A stretch of DNA of 64,000 nucleotides from Paragordius varius (taxonomy: Eukaryota; Animalia; Nematomorpha), in assembly GCA_964247055.1 (NCBI GenBank), contig OZ176051.1, positions 7,254,001 through 7,318,000 on the forward strand. The letters are read 5' to 3'. Below are positions 38,454-53,500 of the stretch, in pieces; the first letter of the stretch is position 1, and the number at the start of each line of letters is the position of its first letter. The notes under the pieces were generated by a model. It saw only the letters and a program-made list of their open reading frames with translations. It was not told the origin of the DNA and made no database searches. The position numbers and the translations under genes were made by a program.

Positions 38454-39774
38454 ATGGAAACGGATGAGAAAATACAGGAAAATGCTCCTACGGAGAAAAC
38501 TGTGCTAAAGCAACATTTCAAAATTAAGAAGCAGCATCAAGTAATATTCTTTTAACTTTGTAGGATAATATTGGTGAAATCAGGCGTGTGTTTATACCTC
38601 AACACCGATATGCTCCTTTAAAAGATAACTGGAAAAAAATTTATACACCTTTGGTGGAACATTTAAAACTCCAAATACGATTTAATTTAAAAACTCGTAA
38701 TGTTGAAATTAAAGTTTTTTTGCAATATAAATAGTAGTCTAGTAAATATACAGATGATATTGCAGCGCTTCAGAAAGGATGCGATTTTGTTAAAGCATTT
38801 GCTTTAGGATTTGATATTGACGTATTATAATATATTATTTTAGGATGCATTAGCACTCATACGTATAGATGATTTATTCCTTGAATCTTTTGAAATTCAA
38901 GATGGTATGATTCATAAAATATTTATTGTGTTTTTAAGCTGTAAATTTTAAGATTATCCTTCATAACACTTCAAAATTTTTCATTGTATTCTGTTAACTT
39001 ATACAAAACTTGTTAACTTCCTGGTTCTAACCTGTTTACATAAATTTTACCTAAATTTTGTTAAAAATATAATTTTATACTATTTTTAGTAAAACCCTTA
39101 AAAGGAGATCATTTAAGCAGAGCAATCGGACGAATTGCCGGGAAAAATGGAAAAACTAAATTTACCATAGAAAACGTGACAAAAACCCGCATTGTTTTAG
39201 CGGAAAAGTTTAATGTTTTTTAAATGTGTTTCTTAGTAAAATTCACATTTTGGGTTCCTTTCAAAACATTAAATTGGCCAGAACATCCATCTGTAACCTC
39301 ATATTAGGTATTTATTTTTATTTTGTTATATGTACAATGGACTCTAGCCACAATGACCTCGATTGATTGAGCGAATAATATATGGCTTAATAACGCCACA
39401 GTACTTTTTTTAAAAAAATTAAAATTACTTTTCTATAATTACATATATAATATTAATTTTGATAAATAATTATAATATTATCATAATGAAATCAAAAATT
39501 AAAAAAATTTCAAATATGTTTTTTTTCTTTGGTTTTTGCAGGTTTTAACTTACAAAAAAAATTCCTTTAACATTTGATTCATAGTTATATCTTATATTAT
39601 TTGAAAAATCGATACAGCATGAATCGTCCTGCTTTAAAAAGCCCTTAAGTGGTCATATAGCTAAGGTCAATTTGATACACGATTAATTTTTATTTTTGTT
39701 ATACAGGTAGTCCTGCAAATAAAGTGTATGGTACTATGAGATCCATATCTGCTAGAATGTCTGAGCGTTTTTAA
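38454..39774 (+). CDS. PNO1: RNA-binding protein PNO1/Dim2 (KH domains), 7 exons
   Basis: Exons 38454-38540, 38564-38713, 38738-38821, 38844-38904, 39090-39207, 39237-39307 and 39707-39774 give [30 protein letters not shown]...[35 protein letters not shown]...[17 protein letters not shown]. Confidence 0.97.
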
Positions 39775-41561
39775 TGTACGAAATTTTATTATATTCAATA
39801 AATATGTGTGACTTATATTATTTTTTTATTATCAATAAAAATACAAAATTTTACATATTATAGTATCATACATTATTTTTCGAAACCATTTTAAAAAAAT
39901 TTTTAGCGGTTTCAATATCGTTCGTTTTTGGTCCCACGAACGGAAAATAATTTTAAATGGTTTTGGTAAGCCATGCTTGGGTAAAAAACACAAATTTTTA
40001 ATGTTTTGCTCAAAATTTATTTAACAATGATCGATTACTATATATGTAATAATTGATTAAAGGTATAAAATTTTGGTCATTGAAATATTAGTCTGGTTCT
40101 TCTTTATAATAATTCAGACAAGTACATAATTTTATAATCGTAATTGAAAAAAAGATATGGCCATATGCATATAAAAATTTAACCTAGAACTGTGTTTTCT
40201 TGTTAATAATCTTCAACCGCGCTTGACTTTTAACTATAAATAAAAATTTAACTAGAATTTTGCGGGTTAAAACGCTGAGTTTCATTTGAAATTATTAATT
40301 CATGGCTATCTTAGACGAATATAACAATAATATAACTTCTATATGAATTAAAATAGTTTAAATAATTCATTTTTCATAACTTTAAATATTACAAATAATA
40401 ATTTTAATTTACGGCTAATTAAAGCAATTAGTCAATTTAAAATTATTTTTTAAAAATATTATTTAAACACTTTTATATCAAGTTATATGCACCTTATATA
40501 TAAAGAGAGAAATATGTATTGTTTTTTTACAAATTACGATATACAAATTTAATTGATTGAGAAATATAACAATATTAATATAAGCAGTTAATTGAATATG
40601 TAAAAATAAACAGATTAAAATCTATTAACATGTTAATTTTATAAAGAGAAGATCCTCATAAATTAAAATCTCGTGAGAATCAGATATTTCATCCTGAAGT
40701 GGAAAACAATTTTACAGTTACAATTAAAAGGATAAGGTTTTTAAAAAACCGCTTGAATAAAAGTTTTTTTCCATCTAATAATAAAACCAGTTATACATTT
40801 TAAAATAGTAACCTGTTTCAAAATTTTAAAAAATAGCTAAAATAAAAATACATCATCTGTTTATAAATTAACGATAGAAATATATTTATATATTATGGTG
40901 TTGAAAACCAATTTAATGATAATTTTGTTATATGAATAAACATAGGTGTTAATTACAATAAAATATTTAATGCAATATTTTGATTAAATTACATAGTGAA
41001 CAAAATGTGTATGAAAAATATCTTGATAAAATCATATATTTTAATCAATTTATGTACCAGGGTTTTCCTAAATCTTTTTAGTTTGGGCCTTACGAGTCAT
41101 TAAAAAGTATTACCTTTGTTAATTACTCGCATGTATAAAAGCCGAATCGGCACACATTATCTAAATATTTTTCCGGTAAAGGATAGATAGATGCTTTATT
41201 CCAAAAATATCATAAAATATACTATTTACTTTTAAAACCATGAGAATCTTGACACTATCAAATTATCGATACCAAGATAAATTTTATGTATGCACTGTCT
41301 TAGGATTAGCTAACGAATGGGAAAAATGTAATTAAAAATTGATATATATTACTTAATTAAAATTGAGTAGAAACTCACGTCAATGCAGGACTTAACAACA
41401 TAAAAATTGTGTCATTCTTTGTAAGATGAATATCATATTTATTAATTTTTGTATATAAATTAACTATAAACAAATAATAATATTTTTGCATTAATAAATA
41501 ATTTAATAATAAATATCATTCTTTGTCCAATATCACCTCAAGATCTACGTACAGCAAACTT

Positions 41562-44500
41562 TTAATAAAAAGTGGACGAAATTAATTGTTGGAAATCATA
41601 TGGTTGAGATTTCATATTGATTAAGCGTTTTAGTGCATCCTGTCTGGTTAGATAACTAGTAGTGTGGTAAAAAACGATATAAAATACCAAATTTATACAA
41701 AAATTGCAAAGTCTGTTTATTATTTTGCTATTCAAAAAACTGTAAGCACATTGCCCTCTGAAAACATTTGTAAAAATAATTGTTATATTACAAGTGCAAA
41801 ATAGTAAAAGTAAAATCATCGTATAACTTAGGTTTAAAGGATTTTAACAAGCCAGATATTCCAAAAATTTATATTGGATATAATAAACTTATAATAATTT
41901 TAATATAATTCCTCACTTATTAAACACAAATATTGATAAAAATAAGGTCGAATCCTTACTTGAAGGCAAAAGCTTCGTTTGTGGATTTAAGATACCGCAA
42001 AGCATTTATGGCTGTTTCCCTAATCAATTCAGGTAAAACATCCAAAGTTACGGTTGCGCCATCAAAGAGAGGTCCGTATGTCGGAATCGTTATATCATCC
42101 TAGAAAAAAATGGGTTTATTATTATTTATACCATTTGTACCACAAATTTACCTTTGAAAACTTCTAATTCACTATCAATATTTAAAATTCACCCCTAAAC
42201 ATTTCAAAATCACATTTCATTTTTATTACCCTCGAAAATTTCGAATTTACGCTGTAATAAAACATGTGTTTTTGAGCTTTAATTTAATATTGACATTATC
42301 TTTATGGCATAGTTTATCATTTTTTCTGCATAATTTTAAAAATTTTATTTTGTAAAATATAGAAAAATGTAAGTTTTTCAAAAATTAATTTATGAGGTGC
42401 GAAATGTTCCAAGGTGAGTTTAAATCAAAGAGTAATTTGAAATCAAGGGTGATTAGAATAAATCAAGATGAATTCAATGTGTAAATGATATATTTTCCCC
42501 ATAAAAGCATATTATTTAAATCAATAATTGTAGTACAAAAGATCTATCCATATAAATTTGTTATATATATTAACAAAAATAAATTTTTAACGTGTATGGT
42601 TTGTTCACGATATAAAATACTTTAATAGAATAGCACTTCGATATATAAATACGAGAAAATAAATTGTTAATTATAATATAGAAAAGCTGAAAAAACAGAT
42701 TTTTTACGTAAAACAAAATAATTATAAAAAATCAAAATTATGCCTTTGAAAAAAAAACTCTAGTTTTTAAATTAAAGTACATCTATTCAATATGCTGTAG
42801 AATGTATTTATTTAACATAACATCCATAAAAAATTTAACCTTTTTATGAATAATGCGTATAGAGTAGAGACCATACTCTGGCACAGGGAATATAATGATT
42901 AATATATCACAAAATTCTGTGGGGATAGTATGTTTATTGTAATGTCGATAATGTTCACTCCATACAATATGTATTTCATCATTCCCAATATGCCTCAACT
43001 ATATGCAGAAAAAAAGAATTTTTATACAATTTTTATTTTGTAATAAATTTGAAGTTGGGTTTATTATGAGACGTGCCTGTAACAGCTTTCAAAAAAAACG
43101 ACAAAATATTGATATTTTTGGGTATAACGAAAAATACTAAACTTATTTAATGAATTTTTAAAGCTTTTTTGAGCTACAAAAATTAGATGGAGATAAAAAC
43201 GTTAATTAACAATCACCAATCATTTATTACTTACTCCCAAATACGAAAATATATGTGGTTAATTATTATTTTTGATCAGTTTTAAAACGTATCCTTCCAT
43301 TTTAAACAAAGTATATCTTTATTTCATTTAATCATTGATTGATAATAAATAGATTATACCTTAAAATGCATAAGATCTGAATCATTTTCAATGGACGGAT
43401 TCATTAAGGTTGAAACGTGGAATATAATTTCTGACAATGGTGTGGAATAATATATTGCGCTTACACCATTTTGAGCATTTTCCAAAGTATGTAAACCACC
43501 GGAAAAACCTAACATAAACAATAAATAAAAATTTTTTTTTTAACAATTAGTATAAAATGGTATAAAATGTGTTTAAAAAACGATGGTGTTTATACCAAAA
43601 TGTTTTTCCAATGATATGTGATCCCCTAACCCTGTAAGAAACGTTTGAAATGCGGGCGAACCCTGTTGCGTATTGGCTAAAATGGCTGTTTTATTTTCTT
43701 GTCCATGGCCAACATACATTATTGCAATTTTATAGGTTTCTCGACTATTGAAGTACAATAGATAAATTTAATTTATTTGTAAATATTAAGACAAACTTTT
43801 AATATGAAAGCTTTTACAATGAGTAATATAAAAGAAAAAAATTATAAGAAAAAATAAAATAGACATTATATAGGGAAAAAATATCATTTTTTTTATATAA
43901 AAAATAGATTTTGGCATTTTTTTATCTCAATATATGTAACAATAAAAAAGGTTTTTTAAATATAATTAGATTTATAATTACAGTGAAAAACTTTAATTAA
44001 CAGTATGAATATCTAATGTCTAGCTCAAAGAACACCAGATTTATCAAAAATTATTAAAGGTTTGTTGTAAAAATATAATCATAAACATATTAAAGTAGTA
44101 TATTTTTAACCATAATATATCTGCCAGTTTTTAGCGGTCAAAAAAATCTATTTAGAATTGGCGTCAAAAAATTTGGGATAGGAGTTTTAACAATTTTACA
44201 TTTAAGGATGTAGAATGGGCATATTTAATTTGACGCAATATCAGATGTTTTTCAATATATTTTAATTTAAAATCGCTGATTACAGAAGTACTCCAAAGGT
44301 AATGGATTGCCAAAATGAAAAAGCTTTTATAAAAATAAAAAAAAACCAAAAAAAATATATTGTTAATTACATTGGCAGCGTATCGAAATGTTTGAGTTGA
44401 CGTAAAAATTTAGTATCCTTGGTTAAACATTCGATTTTATTTGGTTTTGGGGTTCCATTATCAAAGCCTGAAAGTAGGGAAAAAGCATTGTTTGCCAATA

Positions 44501-47500
44501 AAAATTGACGGCAATGGTAAAATTGATGGGATAACGGACTGCTTATTACTATTTAAATATTAGAATAAAAATAAAGTAAATGCATTTATTACGACAGCCT
44601 ATTTTATGATTAAAATATAAGATAAAATAGGCGTAAAAAAATATGTAATAAAATTGAATTATTAAATTTTATTGAAAAAAAAACCAACTTAAACAATTTT
44701 TACGGTGGAACTTGAAAATACATATAGAGACAACCATAATTTTAAATTTTTGATTTTTTTAAATAAGAAATAATAGTATATATCTTAAAATTGAAATATA
44801 TAGTCTATGTGGCAAATATCAAAGTGTTTTATATAAAAAATAATAATAGTCTTGTAATTTTTACGTTTTGTCTGTAATATTTGAATGTTTACTGTAATTT
44901 TATTTTCTACCAATAAATATTTTCTTTTAAAATTTACTTTTTATATCATTTTGGTTGGATAGATTTGACAGAGTGGACATAGATGCAATTTTTTCATCAC
45001 TTGAAATAGTTTTAGAGTTGTTATACAAAGGACAAATGGTTGGTTTATATTGCACATTAGGGACATGATCAGTGGATAATTTGGAATCGTTTAAAGACAT
45101 ACTAATAATAAAGCAATATAAAATTTATACACATACTGCGTAATGGTTCATTTTTAAAAATGAATAAAATGTATATATTATAAATAGACAATATATTATC
45201 TTTAATGTGAAAATATTTTTGTGTATAACGAAGCAATTATCAAATACTTTCAACTATAATTTAAGGAAAACTACCAGAGTAAACAATTTTCAACAAAATA
45301 TACCAAAATCTCAAAAACTGACTATGGTATGAATGAAATGTATTTGATTAAAATATATACTTTAAAATAAAACTTACCGAATTAATTTTATGTTTAATAA
45401 ATATATAAAGTAAACATGCGTAAAATTTTTTTGTGGTATTTTTAGTTAAGAAAAATAAAAACCCGTGATTGCTTTCCACAGATGATTGACTTTTTAGAGT
45501 AGGCCGTTTAATAATTTTATTTTTTATATCAAAATTGGTATAGGTATCGTCTTGGCTTTGTAAAAATTCGATAATCTGATGGAATATAAATATAGATAAA
45601 ATTTGAAAAATTGTCATACCTAATATTAATATATCGCTTATGCACTTGATACTTAAAGTTAATAAATCAAAAAAATTATGAATTGGCTATAAACTTAAAA
45701 TTATTTTAACTTTATATTAATATGACATAGAAAAATCATATGAAAATGGTATAATTAATTACTTAAAATTTTCTTGAAATGTTAAAATATTAGAAGTATT
45801 ATATGGTCAAATTATAAAAAAAATACCAACTGTATTTGCGCTTTTTAATGTGGCAATCATAGATTTAAAAATGGTTTTAAATGTTTGATTATATATTATA
45901 TTTTTCAACAATACATTTTTACATAAAATAAAAATAATGGTATTACATTGTGTAAAATATCCTTGGAATGATCATAGGAAACTGGGTTTGAATTTGTATC
46001 ATAGGCATTTGAATGGTTTGAGGATATTTTTGCTATATTTTTAAAAAATATCAACCATAGGTTATTAATTTACATTTGATGCATAATTATTAATAGAATA
46101 TCATAATCAAAACTATTAAAATATATAATTTCAAATATTATGTCAAAAACATTTCACAATATAATTTTATTGTCATTTAATTTTATAAACATTATAATAT
46201 ATCAATAAAATTACAGTATGATATTGAAGTGGATTCTGTATCACCCCCTTCCGCCACGTTACTTTGTTTAGCTTTTTGATTCGATGATTGAAATGATAAA
46301 TTTTCATGTACAAACATATTATTTTTAGCCTCATTGCTAGGTAAATTTTTAAGGTTGTTTTCGAATGATATATCGCTATGTGATGTATCGTTCAGTAAAT
46401 GCGTTTTCTCCAGGATACTATCGTGGTAATGATCAAATACAGAGTTTTCGATTCCAAAATTTGAGGAATCATTAATATTTTGGTGGCCGCCTTTTATACG
46501 TTGATTAATATTATTGGACGTTTCGGAAGAAATATTCTCAATATAATGTTCATCATTATTTTTATTATCCATGAGTGGTATGGATAGATCCCAAGCAAAT
46601 TTTCCACACTCATTTCGAACAATTAGTCTCACATAACATGAATAACGGTTTTTGTAGGCATCCTTCACATTAATAAAATATTTTATTGTAAAAAATGATG
46701 GAATGAAAAATAAATAAAAAAATAAAAAAGTAGATACCAAATTAGTCAGTTCCATAAGTGATAGGATTGAGTGACCGTTCCATACATAAAACTAGAAAAC
46801 ATTAGTTGTATGATTAGTTTAAATACATAAATAATTTTTTTGGTTAAAATTTGCACATTATTATTCAAAAAAATTATAAAATGGGTGATTTGTAAACATA
46901 AAGAAAAAAATAAACCTGTACAAAAGGGCAGTCAGATAATTTGTTATAGTCTTGTAGTGATTTTACATTTGGCTTTTCGTTTGCAATATTTAGCGTTTCG
47001 ATTTCCGTAACTATATTATCAAGTTTTGGGGTGTTTGTCGTTGTAAAAATTTCATGATTTGGGTTTATTTGCGTGCTTGTTAAAATATTTGTGCATAAAT
47101 GTATGTGTTTAAGGTAAAATGCAAGGCATTCATACACTGGTTTAAGATGTGAATAAGAACGTATGTCTAAAACAGCTTTTTGCATAGTCTAAAAGAGACA
47201 AATATAATTATACTAATTTGAAAACAATTTTTTACTTTAAATTTAATGATAAAAAAGTAAAAAAGCGTTTTGCACAAAAAGGAGGCAGAAATTACCGTTA
47301 AAATAGATTCATAGGTGCCTTTAATAATTTCACTTTCACGTAATGTATCGGGATTTTTATTAGCACCGAAATCCAGATTTTTAACCCATCTATTTATGTG
47401 AAAGGCCCATTCAACCATGAAAAAGATTAGGTTTTGGATATATAATATGACAATTTTATCGACCTATAATTATACAAATATTTAGATTAAGGGTGATATA

Positions 47501-50500
47501 TATATATATATATATATATTAATACCTCATTAGGATGGCATCGAGTATATGTTTGAATTAATTCCATGAATATATTGCATATGGACTAAAATAGCGAAAA
47601 TTTTAAGTAAAAACATAATATTTATTAAACTAAATATTTAAAGTTAGCATAACTTTTAAAATTTTCACAATATAATACCGAATTGCAATATTGTACTCTT
47701 GAGAGTAATGGTAATTGCTCATTGCTAGTCGAAATGTTAAAAGTTGACACATGACTCCGCAAATTAATTGCAATCAATAATTTTATTGGGATGGGTAGAT
47801 TATTCTATTTGGATATAAAAAATACATAAAATAAGAAATAAATTAATTTATCTTTTTAAAAACAGGAATATAAAATTTTAAAATCAATACTTAAATAAAA
47901 TAAAATTACTTTTAATCCATTATATAAAGTTGCGTAAAGTTTATGCAACTTATCAGTCGAATCCTCCGATGGGTGATTGGCCATTAGACAATGTAAACAA
48001 ACAGAAATTGAATTGTAATATATTGCCCTGGTAATTACAGATTTTAAATTATTAATATATAGAATTAATTTTTAACTTTTGAAAGAAAAATGAATTATAT
48101 ATGAAAAAAATATAAATACAAGTTTTTAGGGTCCCTTAAGTATGGTAAAGTTGCGTATTTATCCCCATTCAAAGCTAACGATTGCGATATATTCTGCAAA
48201 TGTAAAATTAATTTAATATTATTAAAAATTTAAGCTTAGAATAAATATTATGTTAAAATGCGTAATTGTAATCAATTTCAATTTAAATATTCTTGTTCCA
48301 CGGATAAAATATGGCATCAAGTCTAGATATATAAATTATTTTTCTATGCTTTAATTGCTTCTCGTGATTTGAAAATTCATTTTTATAAATAAAATAAAAA
48401 TGAAACGAACATATAACACTAAACGCTTATTACTATTTACTACGATGAATATTAAAATATAAATGAAAATAATTTCTTTACATCAATTTCTGTTTTTTTG
48501 AATAGATTTAACATTTTGCAAATAATAACAAAATAGTGTTACATGAATAAAATTATTAAACCCATATCATAAAAATACCTCATATGTTTGATTGCACAAA
48601 TAATTATTGCTTCTCAAATCATTTTCACCATAAAGTAGGGACATAAATAAAGGATTAGTGCAGGACTGAAACAAAATGTTGTATAGATAACATAAAACTC
48701 CGTAAAATGTTTCCTGGTTCTATATGTGCAGGTAAATACAAATTTAATCAACACTAAATATCAATATTTAAAATATAAAAAGTAAAATGCTAAAAAATAT
48801 TTTGCCCACAACCATATTTTTAATATAAACTGTTAAGACTAGCGAAATAAATAAAAAAATATGGTAATAAACTTACTTTTACCTTTTAAACAATACTTAA
48901 TCATAATATGAAAAATATCAAGAATATGTTTTTACAAATATTATTTTTACATTTTATCTTTTAAATTATAATTAAACTAAATATGTCGGAAAAATTGCAA
49001 TTAAAATAAACTTGAAAAGTATTAGATGGATTGGTTTCTTCTATAAACGATAAATTATCAATATTATTATTATTGTTGGTAGGTGACATTTGCATTGATA
49101 AAATATGTTGAGCAATTTGTATTAAACGAATGCCAAAAAATGTCGAACCAGGTATATATTGATTATAGATACGGCCTTTGGTTGATTTGAATAATACATT
49201 AGCTAATAATATGGAATGAGATGGATATGGCCCATTTGAAATAGATGATTTAATATTATCATTGTCTTCCTGAAACTAGAAATATAAGTAAATGGGAATT
49301 TAATCAATTGGAAGTGAGGTGATAACAGTAAAATTAAAAAAGGATAATGCGTTAAAATAAAATCCAAGTTTTTTGATATAAAGCGTCAATTTTTAATGTA
49401 ACAATTCTCTTTTTTTCTACATATAGCCAAAATATTCAAGGTGTTTTATAGGGTATTGTAAAATATAGAGAGTTGACGGGACCCCTAAAACCATATATTG
49501 AATAACCCTAATAAGCTTAATTATTTTATGCGTAAAATAATTTGGCGATCTTTTATTATGCCACTTAATATAAAAACTAAGATAAAGGTCCAAAAAATAT
49601 TTTTTATATATAATATTTCATATATACCTCAAAAATAATTAATTACCTCAGGCTCGGATTCGAATTCAGAAGTATCGAAATTAAAATTAAGTGCCACATT
49701 AAGAAGGTAATATATTTGTTCGAGTAGATGAGAGCTGACTGTTAAATAGGGTTCATGTTTCCGAAACAGGATACGTTTAAATAACAGGCTGTATGCGACA
49801 GTTAAATAATGAAAATATAATAATTCTATGGCCTGTTTTTCTGTGGTTGAGGATTCCAAATTATCTTTCTTGTTGGTAGCGCTTAAATCATTGGAATTGT
49901 AATGTGTAGCATTAATATTGGCCATGGAGTGATATTCTTTTAACCAGGTTTGATATGAAACATAGGATGACCAACATACCTTACAAAAATAATAAATGCA
50001 CAAAGTATTTTAAAATTGCTTTAAATATATTAATTCCGGGTAAATGTTTATATAAAAATTTGTCTGACAAAAAGATTTTAAACAATTATTTAACATTCCG
50101 AATCATAATAGGCAAAAAAATTCTATAAAGTTAAATATTTTATTTCGTTTTTAAAAAATAATAACTCCATACTTTATAAACCAAACTGTAAAGATCTGGG
50201 AACGGAGGGCAGATTGATAAATACTTTAATATGACATCGATAGATTGGAATTCATAAGAGCTATCAGTGGGAAATGCAATCAATCGTTGAGATACCAAAA
50301 GATATTGATTATCTCTAATCTAAAATATATATATATATGTGAGTATTTTGCGGAAATTTAAAAAAACTGAAAAATAGCTGACCTTATATAATCGCCCAAA
50401 CAGGTCGGTTAAATAGCTAACATACTTTGTACAAAATTTCACATGCGATGCATTACAAATTATGGGAGTTGAAAATTCATCCAAAACAGGATAGAAAAGG

Positions 50501-53500
50501 AGTAACATTCTTCGCCAAAGAATCGAAGCTGTTTGAGGGTTCCAACCGGTTAAAGTTCCACCAAGCATAACTGGTACCTAAAAAGGTATATCAAAAAAAT
50601 CTTAAGGCAAAAACTTTTTACAAACAATTTGTATGATGTGTTTTGTGGTTAATAAAAGTTTTCTGGTCATTTATGCTTAAAAGTCTTAAAAATTAGCCTT
50701 TTTATTGTAAAGAGCTAATACATTTAATACCTCCAAAAAAATATTTTGTAAAAAAGAGTTGTGATAAAGGGATTTCTAATAAAGTTTTCGTTTTCAAGCC
50801 ATAAACGCTATGTTATAAGATTCTGATATTTATGCAATGTTAAGGGCTAATACAATTTTGCAAAACCATGTTTTGTAACATTTAAGGATGCCCTACATAA
50901 AATTTGTCTACTGCGTATTTTACCGAGAACATATTAAATTTTAGGATATCGTCGTATAAAAAGTTGCAATGAATGCTATAATTTTGAAAGTACACGTATA
51001 ATGAAAGATTATTAAACAAATAAAATATATTATATGGGATATTGTAAGATATCATAAAATAAAATGTTTTTTGGTTGCCAAGGTATTAAAGGCTTTTATT
51101 AATAAAATTCAATAGCAGTTATATATACTACCGATTTTACGATATTGTATATATATAAATAGTTATTTGATAATTTAGTTTTGTCAAAAATGCATTTATA
51201 AGTGTTATTACATAAGCTATTAAAAATAAACCTGGTTTTGATGGTCTCCATTTAAATGAGGCGTTTCTAAGCAAAAAATTTGTTTAGTTTATATTATGAT
51301 TGAAGAATTAATGATAAGAAAATAAAAAACCATATTTACCAGCTATATCATGGATATCCGCATCATACTGACTATTTAACATTATTGGAACGGGTGGTAT
51401 TTCCAATAAATCATTGGATAATTTTAATCCTAATGTTTCATTGTTTGAAGCTAAGAAAAATAAAAATCAGCAATTAAAATCGATCGTTGAAAATATAAGA
51501 TAGGTCTAATAGTTTATGAATGTAGTTATTTATGTCATATTTAACCAAAACAGCAATAAAAATTTGAAGTTATCAATATAAAATAAGGTTAGGTTATTAA
51601 ATTAATTAAAAAACAATAATTTAATGCAATTCATAAATTTAACTTCAATTAATTTACACAACCATTAATTTCAGAACGAAACATATTTTATAAAGTTTTC
51701 CTGGTTTTTCAACAAGAGGTCAAATCATAATAATGAATGCAGTTATAACCGGTTTTTTCCAACCCTAACAACACCTCCAAAAGAAAATAAATATATCAAT
51801 ATAAAAATGAAACCAGTATTTAGAGATACGTTTCCATTCATATTAGTTCCGCGAGTGTTTTTGTCGTTATTATCTATACTAAGATGTGTGATTTTTTGTG
51901 TTAACTCAGTGTTCGCTAACATTGAGTTTTGGGGTCCAGTCTCGGTATTATCGGTGTTTAGAGCGGTTGAATAAATCGAGTTTGTGGGTAAAGTTGATTC
52001 AATTAAAGAGTTTGGTCGTTTTATGCTATGATCTGTTTAAAAAAGACAAATTAATATATATATATATAGCTGTATTGAAAGCGTGATGGTATAGTAGGTA
52101 GGGCGCCGGACTCTCACACTGCGTGCCTGAGTTCGAACCCCGAAACCACGCAATTTTCCATCATTATTGGCCCTGGGCAGGCGAGTTTTAAAGCCTTCAT
52201 ATGTCCAGATCAATTTAAGTCCCTACCCTTTAAAATAAAAGGAAAGAGACTCTAAACTGTATATTTTATATATATATATATATATATAGCTGTATTATAT
52301 TATATATATATATATATATAATTTATGCCTTATCTACACACTCTCCCGTATTTGTTAAACGCCTTATTTTTAAAGGTATAATATTACTGTAGAGGACACC
52401 TCCCCACAAATATTCTGGTGTGCAGGTTTAACGAAACATTTATAATAAGCTATTAAAATCAAAATTATTCTTTTGTTATTAATATTTATTAAATAATTAA
52501 TACATTTATGTATTTTTTAAAAAAAGGTTTGACTAATAACCATTTCAAAAATCGGAATCAATAAGGGAGGGTGTAGGGGTCCATTGGCGTATAAAAACTT
52601 TACTAAACCAAATGTTATCATATAAGAAAAACCGTCATAAATATAAATTTCAAATTTTATATAATAATTTTTTAACCAATATTAAGGTTTGATTCCTCTG
52701 AGATTGTTTGATTATTACCATCAATAGAGGGGATAATCGAATGACCCCGCATCATCCTCCCATAATTTTTGCCATTAAATTGGTGAGAAACGGAATTCGC
52801 ATTTGATTCTTCCCGATTTTTATTATGGAAAGATGTATTTGTAGCAGGTAGGATACTTTTGGACCTCAAAATAACTTTTTCGGATGCAGTAGTGTTTGCC
52901 TATATAATAATTTGTATAAAAAAAATTTTTTAGAGTCAATTAATAAAATATATAGATATTTAAAATTGTAATTTATTCAATTTAAAAGCAAACTGACTGT
53001 TATTTTGGATAAACCCCAACACCCAATAATTAATTAGAAGTAAGTTTAAAACGATAGCCACATTGATATTGATCATTGAAAATTTGTATGATATTTTTTT
53101 TTATTCATTATACTATCGTGATTCAAAAATTCAATTTTGGATATATTTCAGTTTTGAAGAATTTAATTATTTTGTCAAACATTCGTAATCGTTACATTAA
53201 TAACTTTTGTTATGATAAAAATCTCCTATTTCCACAAACAAAGGCTTGACAGTTTAAACTAAAAATGTAGGTACCTCGTCTTGTGTAATGATATGCGGAA
53301 TATTTTGATTATGTGTTTGATGCATGGTCCCACGTTTTTTCTTAGCTTTCTGTTCAGATAATTGGTCGGATGGCAAATTTGACATATCCAAATCATAGAC
53401 ATGTTTAGCATAAATTTTCAGCAAAGTATCCATTGTTTTCTGCATTCAAAAGTTCCCAAAAACATGATTATTGTTGTAAAAACATTTATTTTAATTAAAA

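Noticed and set aside
52081-52152. Possible tRNA gene
   Set aside because: Acceptor and anticodon stems do not pair properly, and it continues into a body and tail flanked by a TSD, so a SINE fits better.
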